Source: Camelus dromedarius (taxonomy: Eukaryota). Taken from it: a DNA stretch of 64,000 nt. Shown here one piece after another: positions 12,861 through 23,534 of the stretch; within the stretch, counting starts at the first letter, position 1, and each line of letters opens with the position of its first letter. The DNA lies in the NCBI RefSeq assembly GCF_036321535.1, contig NC_087447.1, forward strand, positions 38,504,001 through 38,568,000, given 5' to 3'. The notes below the pieces were generated by a model, which was not told the DNA's origin, searched no databases, and worked only from the letters and a program-made list of their open reading frames with translations. The position numbers and the translations under genes are program-made.

Positions 12861-13031
12861 AGCACTCTTCGTTGACCGTGCACTTCTCCGTCTCCTCGGT
12901 GGGCAGCGTGCACACAGAGCCGTCCTCCGGGAACTGCTTCACATACCTCTCGCGGGACCGCATGCCGGTGCCGCAGGAGATGCTACAGGGTGACCAGGTG
13001 ATCCACTCGGACATGGTGCAGGTGGAGCCGT
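12861..13031 (-). CDS. SPON1: SPON1 exon 12, TSR2 (GSTCTMSEWITWSPCSISCGTGMRSRER...NEEC)
   Basis: ttgcag|AC ... TGC T|gtgagt; 171 nt, phase 1-1. Confidence 0.97.
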
Positions 13032-13834
13032 CTGCAACACATCAGCAGACGCTGCAGCCCGTTGGATCCGATGGACCCAACTCCCCAAGGGCAGGAGTCG
13101 GGAATGCCAGCTGGCATTCAGGGGGAGTTTCCAGTTGAGGATGGAGTCAATGGAAAAGGCATACGTCTTTAGACTGGGAATTGTTCTCTTAAGGAAATGC
13201 CTTTTTCCACGTGCACAGAGTACTCGGGGTTACTCCCTATCTTGTGACAATACATTTGAAAGGTGCATGAATGGATTTTGTGTGTGTGTGTGTGTGTATA
13301 CGTGCGCACACACCCGTTTAGTTCCTTTAAAAAAAAAGTCATCCATCCATCCATTTACTCATGTCAATAAAGATTTACTGACTGCTTAGTGGTATGTTCT
13401 GAGGTTAAAAAAAAAGGGCAAGAAAGATGGGCACACAAACTGGCAGTATCTCTAGATATTGAAAATACAACAGAAGTTAAGCCCAGGGAATTGAAGGGGG
13501 AAAACTTGTTCCTTGGAGTTCTGGGGAAGATTGCCCACAAGAGGGCACAGCTGAGCGCACTTCTGTTGGGTAGAGAATAGCTGCATTTAAGGTGAAGGGA
13601 CAGTAGCTCACGCGGACGACCTGTACAGAGCGTACTGTGTGTGGCTCTGGGAGATGATGTGAAAGGAGGATTGAAGTCAGAGCTTGAGACCAGCATGCAC
13701 ACGTCCACAGGCTATCATGTGCACATGTGTGATGCCCACACAGGGTTATTTAACCTATAGACAGAATAGCTGGTGATACAGTAAGAAAGACAGCGGGAAC
13801 CCACATGTTAGACCCAGGGAAATTATGACCCCTT

Positions 13835-14152
13835 AACAACACGGATGAACCTTGAGGACATTATGCTGAGTGAAATAAGCCACTCACAAAAAGACAAGCA
13901 CTGTATATGATCCTGCTTACTAAGACACCTAGAAGAGTCAATACCTAGAAGAGTCAAAGTAGAATGTTGGTTGCCAGGGACTGGGGGTGCGAGGGAGTGG
14001 AGAGTTAGTGCTTAATAGGTCTACGGTTTCAGTTTTGCGAGGTGAAAAGAATTCTGGAGATGGATGGTGGTGATGGTTACACAACACTGTAGGGGTACTC
14101 TTAATACTGAACTGTATAATTAAATAGTTAAGATGGTAAATTCAATACTATA
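13835..14152 (+). mobile_element. Old L1 (L1MB-like) 3' fragment
   Basis: acggatgaaccttgaggacattatgctgagtgaaataagcc...ggagatggatggtggtgatggttacacaac. Confidence 0.8.
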
Positions 14153-14672
14153 TACCCCCCCCCACACACACACACAGCAGGTATAGTGCAACATGTTTCA
14201 GAACTGTCTTTACCACCTGGGAGCCAGCTGAACTATAGTGCCCTTGTGGAGGGGCTGGTTAAAGACCTCAAATCCACTGCAGGCCTCAGTCAGACAGCCC
14301 ACCCCTCCCCATCCTCATCCCTGAGAAAGAGAAAGCCTCCAGCATTGCTGCCTGTTTGTAGGAATGGCCTATCCATGCAAGGTTCACTCCTCCCGTCACC
14401 CACAATGCAGTGCAGCCAGGAGAGGGATTTTAAGGCTGTCCTGAGGGAGAGCCAGAGAGTGAATGACCTGCAGCGGGGTAAGCTTTCTAAAGCTATCCTC
14501 AGCTTTGAAGTGGTTTTTCTTCATGCCATAAACCAGCCCATCCTATACATCCCTTCCTATTGCCTCGTTGCACCTCTGAGACACTTAAGATGAGAGCACA
14601 GAGTATGGATCTGACCAGGCAGAGAGAGGAGTTGTACCCTGGAAAGTAGGCAGCTGGCCTTAGCAGTCAGTG

Positions 14673-14691
14673 TAGCGCCATCCTGTGGCTT
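14673..14691 (-). promoter_or_regulatory. Candidate CTCF motif (AAGCCACAGGATGGCGCTA)
   Basis: Close match to the CCASYAGRKGGCRS core consensus. Confidence 0.5.
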
Positions 14692-15211
14692 GAGCCTTCA
14701 TGCCATGGGCGGCACAAGCTCCGAGTTCAAGCCTGACCTTTGACCAGTTACAGAGACAAAGGCAGAATTGCTGCAGTCAGTCCAAAGGTGCTGACGCTAG
14801 GAAGTGAGGGCTCGGACTCAGGCTGAGGCAGGACATACACAGGGGCCCATGAATGACAGAGAATTAGAGCAGTGATCTAGATTCAATCTTGGCCAACCTG
14901 TTCCCTGCTTCTTGAGATTGAAGTTAAGGCCCAGAAGCAGGCAGCTTATCTGTAATTTGTCACTTTTGCTAGCTTTTCAACAACTTGTGTGTATTTTCTT
15001 CCATGGCTGGGGGTTGGGAGGTGGTCAAGCTCAAGAATTCTGATGTCATGAGACACGTCTGTTCACAGCCCTCAGGACACTGTTGGAGATGGGGGTCTGC
15101 CCAAGATGGTACCCTGACAACGCATCAGGGTCCTAGTGCCTTACCAGGGACACTGCCTGCAGAGCCAGGCAGAACCCTCCCTCCCTGAGGGAGGCCTGGG
15201 TGTCTCCTCAC

Positions 15212-15394
15212 CTTCATCACTGCAGCCTGGGCCCATGCAGGGCTGGAAGTCCTGGGTGTCGGGGCAGGGGACGCTGAGGTCCAGCTGTGCTTTCAGCATG
15301 CGCTGCCGCATCCTCTTGCCTTTGTCGCAGGTGGACGAGCTGCAGGCGGACCACGGGGACCAGTTGGAGTAGATGCAGGTTTCAGGGGTGTCAT
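15212..15394 (-). CDS. SPON1: SPON1 exon 11, TSR1 (DTPETCIYSNWSPWSACSSSTCDKGKRMRQR...CSDE)
   Basis: ccccag|AT ... GAA G|gtgagg; 183 nt, phase 1-1; WxxWxxC motif. Confidence 0.97.
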
Positions 15395-15779
15395 CTGGGG
15401 AGAGGAGGGGACATGTTTTCCCTGGGAGCCTGTGGAAGCTGTGACTGGCCTCCCCAGACAAGCTCATGTGGGGACAAGAAAATCCCTGCTGTCCAACCAG
15501 CCTCAGCGAGCCTGGCTCCTCCTAGGATGGAAGCAGCCATTCACTGCCCTTTAAAAGTTCTATTTTAGCATTCAACTAATACGAATCTCAATCACATAAT
15601 AAGGCAAAATTCTCTTACGATCCCATCCCCTCAGCACATGGACATCTTTTCATTCCCAGCTCCTCACCTTGGCAGACACTGTTTGCACACAGGTGCAGGC
15701 CATCCTAGGCAATCTGGGGAAGCACAGGCTTTTTTGGTGTGTTGTTGCTTATCTTCCCAGTGAGCCCCTCCACAGGGTC

Positions 15780-15930
15780 ATGATAAGAATAAGGGTGACC
15801 AGTGTTCACTGAGCACTTACTAGGTGTGAGCATCATCCTAAGAACCTAATGTGTTTTATCCTATTTGATCCTCCGACAACTCTCTACAAGGCAGGGTCTT
15901 GTTTTTATCCCCATTTTATAGTCAAAGTGG
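15780..15930 (-). mobile_element. MIR SINE
   Basis: cactgagcacttacta...tttgatcctccgacaactct...tatccccattttatag. Confidence 0.65.
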
Positions 15931-16417
15931 TGGCAGAAAGCTGGGGTTCCTGCCCACGGCCATAGCAGGAGAGCCCAGCTTGTCTAGCTCTGGGTCTGTG
16001 AGAAGATGTGAGCTGAAGCCACGGCTCTGCCATTGCTTCCCTGACTCTAGGGTCTGGGCTCACTTTCTTTGCTAGGGAGGTGGACTGACCCACAGCTGGC
16101 CTCACAGGCTAGCGTGAGATCAACACAGAGGGACCTGAGCGCTGTGAAGCCCATGCAGGTGCCTTTTACATGGTATGTGAAAGGCCTGATACTGCTGAGG
16201 TGTCCTGCCTTCACCAGTTCCCTTACATTTTGTGCTTAGCCTTGGCGTTGTTTTGGATTATTTCTCAAGCAGCAATCCACAATGATGGGGTTACCAAGTC
16301 TAAGGACATAGTATATTTGTAGCTTTTAAAACATGTTAGCAAATTGCCTTCCCAGAAGATGGTTTAAGTTTAGTTTCCAATTTATGTTGCCACCTGCCCC
16401 ACAGGGAAACAACTTAC

Positions 16418-16493
16418 CTTCATCTTTCTCTTCTGGAGCCAGGTCTGCAACAATATCATCAACGTTGTCAGGGACAATATTGCACTGCTCGCC
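16418..16493 (-). CDS. SPON1: SPON1 exon 10, acidic linker: GEQCNIVPDNVDDIVADLAPEEKDE
   Basis: tttgcag|GGC ... GAA G|gtaagt; 76 nt; absent from the ORF track, found by reading the minus strand. Confidence 0.96.
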
Positions 16494-16936
16494 CTGCAAA
16501 AGGAATTTTACTTGGAGGGCTCATATTAAAGAATGGAATGTGTAGGGGAAAGATGAGGAAGGATATAAAATAGAATGCCACCCTGTATACAAATCCTGTG
16601 CCAACTCTTAGAACCTGACTGAACCAGAAATGGCAAGAAAGGCACAGCTGCCCAGTTCCTGACTCGTGGCAGACATTAACAATTGATTATGGAATTCATG
16701 ATGAAGCCTGGGTACCTGGATCCAGTCATTCCATTGAGTGTCAAACTGCACCACTATGTTCACTTTTCTCATTTATAGCTTATGAATAATTTGCATTCTA
16801 GAAACTCTGAGAGGCCCAGGAATTCCACATGCTAGAATATGCCAGGGACCCCATGATTTTAGCACAGAAAAGGGTCCAGTCTTTTTCGCACGCCTGGTGG
16901 GAAGGGTCTGTGCCAGGGTGAGCCCTAACCCAGTAC

Positions 16937-17077
16937 CTTCCGGGCGATTCTCTCGATGACAACTCTGGCTACTTGAGTGATGGACCCGCCCTCTGGATCA
17001 TAAAAAGGACTCTGAGGATGGTCTAGACTAGTCAGGGGCCGGATTTTCTCCTGGGGAATTGTGGGCTTGTTGGGTGA
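16937..17077 (-). CDS. SPON1: SPON1 exon 9: SPNKPTIPQEKIRPLTSLDHPQSPFYDPEGGSITQVARVVIERIARK
   Basis: ctgcag|TCA ... AAG|gtactg; 141 nt, phase 0-0. Confidence 0.97.
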
Positions 17078-17384
17078 CTGCAGTGAAGAAAACACAGATA
17101 CAGAAAGTGGGAAATAAAACTGGTTAAAAACTACAAAAGCAATTTGATACACGATCAGAACAAAAATGTGGATAGGAATTTAACAAGTATAACTACTAGT
17201 TATGTTTATAGAATTCAATTCATGCCATGCATTGTGCATAGAAATTTGTAGATCTATACTTCCACAATTTCCCATGTACACAGTAGGATTATGCCCAGAT
17301 GAAGATGCCGAGTTTCAGAGAGCCATTTCCAGCTAGGGAATAGCTGAACCAGGTTGGCCTGAATTCAGAGTTCTTCATACTAGA

Positions 17385-17587
17385 CCAGGAGTTGGCAAAC
17401 TTTTGTCTGCAGAGGGTCAGCTGGTAAATATTTTAGGCCATACTGTGTCTGTCACAACGACTCAACTCAGCTGTTGTAGTGAGAAAGCAGCCCCAGACTT
17501 GTCACTGAATGCGTGAGGCTGGGCTCAAAAACTACAGTTGGGGGTGGGGGGTGGGGTCCAGAGCTTAGTTTACCAACGTCTGTTCTA
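17385..17587. mobile_element. MER58A-like hAT-Charlie element
   Basis: caggagttggcaaactttt...aaatattttaggc...actcaactcagctgttgtagtgagaaagcagcc. Confidence 0.7.
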
Positions 17588-18068
17588 GGCTGTTCTACCA
17601 CTGGTTTTCTGATGGCTCCAGATTTCAATGCAGTTGGCATGCTGACCATCTCTAAAAATATTGACATTCACAGGAGAATCCAAACTCCTTGACGTGGCTG
17701 TTCTGAAACTTTGAGAATCTGACTCAGCTTAACGATCATCCATTTCCTGCTGTTCCCCCTTCGCTCTCTCCCCCTCTCTTTTTGCCTCCATGACTTTGGC
17801 CCCCTGTTCCTTTGCTTACCTCCAACAGCTCATCTGCAGATTCCCTCCCCAGGCTCTCCTGACCAGCTGCATGACACTTCCTGGAGCCCAAGTCACACAG
17901 CAGGTGAGGATGTGGTGTTGGAACCATGCTGGGCTCCCCTACCAGACTGAGTTTGTCCAGCAGAGCCTGGGCCACACTCTCCTCTGTGTCCAGGGCACCC
18001 AGAACAGAGGCAGGCAAAGAGCAGGCGCTTGGGAGGTTGGTCACTCACCACTCCAGGCGCACACGCAC

Positions 18069-18270
18069 CTCATAGGTCACCCCGCTGTCGGTGCCGGCAT
18101 CCCAGGGAATCAGGTCCTGCACCACCTTCTGGACCCAGCCGCACTCTTTGGTGCACAGATCTTCTGCAGATAGGCCCACGTTCCAGTCGGGGCTGGGGCC
18201 CATCATGGTCAGGAAGGACATTAAGTGGCGTGTCCTGTCCACTGAAAACTCAGCCGAGGGTGCTGCTCTT
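18069..18270 (-). CDS. SPON1: SPON1 exon 8, spondin domain: RAAPSAEFSVDRTRHLMSFLTMMGPSPDWNVGLSAEDLCTKECGWVQKVVQDLIPWDAGTDSGVTYE
   Basis: ttccag|A AGA ... GAG|gtgcgt; 202 nt; carries the spondin-domain hallmarks PSPDW and DAGTDSG. Confidence 0.97.
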
Positions 18271-18499
18271 CTGGAACCCGAAGACAGAGACCATTACCGT
18301 CAGCCCTGAGGGTGCACACTCTGGCAGACAATGGGTAAAGGATGAGAGGGAAAGAAAGAAGGGGGATTCTTGGACTCCCATCGATCTCTGCCTTTGGCTG
18401 CTACTGGTTTCTCTCTCCGAGCCCATCCTCTGGCTACACGCAGAGAGAACCATATGCCACCACCCTAGCAGGTTTAATGTGTCTGCGTTATTTTGTATT

Positions 18500-18930
18500 T
18501 TCTTCTTTATTTGTTTAGCTGTTTATTGACTGTCATCTCTCCCTGGAGTGTGTAAGCTCTGGGGAAGCAGAGTTTCTGTCTGCCTCTTTCATGGCTCTAT
18601 TTCCAGTGCCCACAACAGGGTCTGGCACAGCGGAGATGCTCAGCTAATGTTTCCGAATAAATGAATGAACCAACACTGGGCTACGTGTGCACCCAGCTGT
18701 GTTGGTTGTGAGATGAACTCAACAAATAAAAGCTGTGCAACAATGCCCAAGCCTTTTATGTTCTCACAGACGCCTCAGGACAGACCTGGGGTGAAGATTA
18801 CTTAGTCTGATTTATGGATGAGGAAACTGAGGCTCCGAAGGGTTGTCATGTCACGTGTTCAAAGTCACAAAGTGAAGTGGCAGAACAGATACCACAACCC
18901 CAGTCAGTCTTAGTTTGGGGTCAGGGTTTT
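18500..18930. mobile_element. L2 3' end followed by a MIR
   Basis: gtaagctctggggaagcag...tctggcacag...gaataaatgaatgaa, then atgaggaaactgaggctc. Confidence 0.65.
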
Positions 18931-20199
18931 CACGATCAGTTTCTAAGTACCACCCCCCGACCCCCTTTCTTGCTCTGATTGGTCCACTGCACCGTCGCTG
19001 AAGGGGGCCTCTCCCCTGCCTGCTGCCTCCACTGCCCTCTACAGGCTGCTCAGCGCAAGGTAATGCCAGGGCACAGAGCTCACAGCCTCTTAGCTGGCTC
19101 CCCTGTCATTTCCTCCAGCAGGCAAGCAGGGACCCAGCTATGGCCAGCGACCTCTGGCTGACTACCTCCAAGCTATGAGGCAGTTCTTCAACCCTGAGCT
19201 CCTCGTATGGCTAAGAGGTCCTAGGCATGGCCAGGGCTGTGTGAGATCCCACCCAGAGGCGTAGTGGGAATTACAGTCACTCAGCACACACTTGGTGGCA
19301 CACCTGCATTATGTTATTTTTCCCCCATGACACTGCTGTGGGGTGAGAATTATTAGTCTTGCAGAGGACAAAGGAGAGCATCTAGAGGTTGATGAACTTC
19401 GAGGCACAGCTGGTAGAGGCTGATGTGTGAAGGTGGCTCTGTCTGACTCTACCTGCTCAGGCTGCTGATCGTGGGGGATCCTTTGCTGGGAACCAACTCG
19501 ACTGTTCAGCCCAGCTGACAGCTGTTGGGGAGTCCCTGTGCTCCTCTGTTGGGACCAGCTGCTCCAGGCTGCCCTCACCTGTCCCAGAAAGTGATGACTC
19601 CGGGCCTAGCTGGGCCCTGTGGGCCTGGGCCCCTTGGGCTGTGCAGGTCAGATGGGCTCAAACAATGAGCAGAGACGGGGAACGGAGGGGAGAGCCTGGG
19701 TGTGCAACCTGCACTGCCTCTTAGAGCTGCATATCCTTGGACAAATGACCAAATCCTTCTGTGCCTCAGTGTCCAAATCTATAAAATGGGGATCCCCATG
19801 TCTACTCCAAAAGGTTATTGTGTTTAAGGAGAGAGCTCACATCCAGTACTTAGCCCAGTGCCTGGCCCCTGACCAGGTATTACTATTACTGCTCCTGAGA
19901 GAAGCAGCACCGTAGGCTCATACAGAGATCAGAAAAAAGGGGAGAGGAGGTGAGGGAGGCCTTCCTGAGTGCACCTCACATTTCAGCCTGATGTCAGTCT
20001 AGGTTCTGGCATCTGAGGGGAGGAAGAGCCTGGCCTGTGCCCTGGCTTTGGCATCAGCTGATCAGCAAGGTCTAGTGTTGCTCCTTCTCCAGCCTCCCTG
20101 TCCGACCCTGCCTGCTGCCCCAGAGGCTCCCTGTATCCAGCCAGGCTGGCCTGGTTTCAGGTCCCATGTGCACTTGCATCTGCTGAGAAAGCTCTTTGT

Positions 20200-20380
20200 C
20201 AGTGGTCTGTGGTCCTCACACCAACAGTATTGGCCTCCCCTGGGAACTTGTTGGAAATTCAAGTTATTGGGCCTTACCCTAGACTTCCTTAATTAGCAAC
20301 TCTGGGGGTAGAATCCAGTATTTTGTTTTAATAATCCCTCCAGGTGATTATAATGCACCTCAAGCTTGAGAATCATTGGA
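20200..20380. mobile_element. MER5A-like hAT-Charlie element
   Basis: cctgggaacttgttggaaattcaag...ccctccaggtgattataatgcac...ttgagaatcattg. Confidence 0.7.
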
Positions 20381-21437
20381 CTCCTCATCTTCCAAGCCTC
20401 AGATTATGGGCCACCTCATTCTGGAGCCTTTCTGAGCCCCCACACAGGCCAGTGCCCTTGGTGTGTATTTCCACACACTGAGTAGGTCTCTGAGCTCTGC
20501 CCTTTGGAATCTCTTCCTCACTGTTGGGTCTCCCCCACTAGACTAGGAGCTCCTTGAGGGCAGGAACCCAAATTTCACAGCCACACCCCAGGTGTCCAGT
20601 GGGCCAACCGAACAAGTGGATATATGACGACTCGCGCGTCACTACTTATGTGCTCTTGGGTAACTCACTCACCCTCTTCTAGTCTAGATTTCTTCATCTG
20701 ACCCTTCCCACCTGCCGTTTGCTGTGAGGCTCAAATAAGATAATTTATTAGGAAGCCTTTATAGACCACTAATGTCCCACTTACATACTCTGCTAATTAG
20801 TGAGGCACAAATTGGGGGATTTCACTTCCTTTTCTCATGTGTGCGTTTTCTGGCATGTAGACATTGCTTTTAGCAGGGTCTTTAAACACCTGGCTTCTAC
20901 AAGAACTGCAGTCTGGGGAGTTGCGGCACTGCTCACCATGGGACTAACAGGACATGGTCTGGTGCCCGCCTTCCAGTGACTGCCCAGCAGGGAGCACTGG
21001 CATGTGGGCAGCATGCGCGGGGCTGCTTTATGCCCCAGCCCTTGGCTCTTGGCCCTTCGGGAGTTCAGCAGTGCCTTGGAGGAACCCTCCACCTCACCTC
21101 CCTTTGTAGTTACTAATCTGCAAATGAGAGCATCCTCAGATCCACCTCAGGGCTTTCTGTGGGGAAACTGCTTATCACTGTGACTGGCACGTGATAGGAA
21201 GGCGAATGTTGATTTCCTTCTCATTCAGCTTTTCTAAACGAAACTTCCATAAACACCGCGAAAGAAAACAAGCAATAAAGGATTTCCATGGTCCTTCTGG
21301 AGACTCGCTATCCCATCCTAAATGACAGCTCCACATCAGTGAGACTCGGGTCACTGGTGACTCAGGTCATTCTTAGGCTGAGTTGGGTCCCTCACCATGT
21401 ACCTGTTTGCAGAAATCCCCACTAGAGCATTCAAAGT

Positions 21438-21471
21438 TGCAGAAACTCGATGTGGACACTAGGGGGCGCTG
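21438..21471 (+). promoter_or_regulatory. Strong CTCF site: core TGGACACTAGGGGGCGCTG plus upstream TGCAG motif
   Basis: Core at 21453-21471 nearly matches TGGCCACYAGGGGGCGCTR; TGCAG at 21438-21442. Confidence 0.75.
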
Positions 21472-22669
21472 GAGCCATTCCCTACGCTGAAGTTCTGTGC
21501 AGGAAGAGGAAGGTTTCAGTAAGGTTTCCTGCCTAGGAAAACTGTTTATAACCTGGAGGCATCTAGGGCTTCCAGTCCACCTGGCCGATGAGATCCACTG
21601 CCTGCTCCTCTAGTCCAAGGTCAGTCTTCCTTTACAACCTTGAGGACATTGACAGACCTGGGCAGGTGCTACTGGAGGCGGGGAGGGCCCTGAAACTTCC
21701 AGCCCTGATTTGAAAGACGCCTCTGCCCCGACCCTCAGCCCCCTGCAGCTGGGCTGATTACAGGGGCATAGATCCTCCAGAGGCAGGATTTCTGGTAAGG
21801 GTGACCATGTCTCTATTTTACCTGCTCCTCATTTGTCTTGAAAACAGGGGCCATTGTCTAATCAAATGTTAATTAAACAGAATGGCTGGGACTAATTAAG
21901 GGGAGTACAGTCTTTTAGAGGATTCATTATAAGAAAGGGAATAAAAATGATTTTTTTAAAGTTCCAGTAATTCCTAACATTCAGACTAAACTGGAGGAAC
22001 TGGGTGGTGGAAATTCAGCATTGATTTGCAGGAAACCTGGACATTCTCTACTCAGGAACTCAAGAAGGATGTGGGTTTCGTTCAGAATCTGTCTTTTCCT
22101 GTCTCTACCTGTGCTCTGGGCTGTCGGAGCCGCAGCTTGATTTATTGAGCTAAACAAGTCAGCAGCTAATTTGTTCATTTATGGCTGTCCTTTGAGAAGT
22201 GGTTCTGGGATAAAGATGAAGATCATTGAAAAACAAGTCAGTTTCTCTGGGCAGGACTTCACAAAGTAGGTCACCCTGGCTTTCTACTGGCCTGAGGGAG
22301 GCTGGAATCCCATTAACCTCAATCGAGCAGGCTCCGGCTCGAGGGGTGGGGCTGATTCTGCAAAACAAAACTTGGCTGCCAGTAGGCTTCCTAATTTGAC
22401 TTCCTAATGAGATTTGGAAGAGGAAAGGGTTGACTAGGGTATGGGAAAACCAAAGGAAAATTCCTTTACTTTAATGAGCTGGTAGCACTGAGTGGAGAGG
22501 GTTTGGGTGTTTGGGAGATATGAGTGTTTTCCGTCGATTCATTCTGTTCCACTGGGGTCTCAGGAAGTCTAAGGGATGGCTGAAGGGTGGGACGGTGTCC
22601 TTAAGTATTTTTTTCAAGTTTTCAGAAAGTCTCATCTTGGAAGAAAAAAAGCTCCATTCGTTCTTTCAC

Positions 22670-23230
22670 CTCCTTGGAGCTACTGCCCAGTCTCTCTTCT
22701 TTCACAGCAGACTTCACAGAAGAGTTCACTTCACTCACCAACTCCATAACCACACTCTCTGTTCAGATTTCACCCTGCTCCAGGCTTTTACCCCTCCCCC
22801 CATGACTCAGCAGAAAGGAGTCCCAGTAACGTCACTGATGAATCTTCATGTTGATAAATCCAAGGGACCTTTTGCAGCTCTGATATTCCTCAACCTCTCA
22901 GCTGCACTGGGCACAGCTAACAGCTAACCACTCTCTTGTTCTTGAACTTTCTTTCCTGGGCTTCCCGGATGCCAAGCTTCCTTCCCAATCTCCCTGCTGC
23001 TCCTTTGTTGCCTCCTTGCAGGCAGGTCCTCCTCAGCTGTAAATGCTGGAGCTCCTTGAGACTCAGTCCCAAGCCCTTGACTCTCATTCTCATGCTCTCT
23101 CTCATCCATGACCTTGGTGTTGACTGTCTGCCATTCCTTGGTGACTCTCAATTTTATATCTCAGTGGAGAATTCTTTCCCTGGTTTTCAGAGCTTTATAG
23201 TTAAGTGTGTTCTTAACACCTCCAATGTCT
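22670..23230 (+). mobile_element. L2 LINE internal fragment
   Basis: ataaatccaagggacctttt...ttcctcaacctctcagctgcact...aaatgctggagctcctt. Confidence 0.6.
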
Positions 23231-23469
23231 GAGCTGGGTCAGCTGCGGTGTTAAAACCATGCAGGACACAGAGATCAAGCCTGCATTTCCTGAGAAGGTA
23301 GGGGCACGTGTGATATGCCACGCACGGGCAGTGCACCTCACCTGCTCATCCACCTGGGAGGTGTTGCTGACTTTCAGAACATAACTGGCATGTGGTGGCG
23401 GCCAGTGGGTGAGTGGCCCCAAGTGCCAGGCTAGGACAGGGGATGGGCAGAGCCCTGTTTGCTACTTAC

Positions 23470-23534
23470 ACGTTGAGAGGCTGCCAGGCTGGCCACTGAG
23501 CTTTGGCTTTGATGACGGTGAGGACCTCATCACT
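23470..23534 (-). CDS. SPON1: SPON1 coding exon (ortholog exon 7), spondin domain: SDEVLTVIKAKAQWPAWQPLN(V)
   Basis: Minus strand ttttacag|AGT...AAC GT|gtaagt; 65 nt, phase 0 to 2; peptide matches F-spondin. Confidence 0.96.

Noticed and set aside
12544..13138. Long plus-strand ORFs (149 and 145 aa) suggesting an antisense protein gene
   Set aside because: Shadow ORFs of GC-rich SPON1 exons 12-13; no independent splice or domain evidence
13927..13957. Short tandem duplications (acctagaagagtcaa x2; also 30199-30226, 42436-42476, about 58047-58098)
   Set aside because: Ordinary slippage duplications inside old repeats or AT-rich DNA
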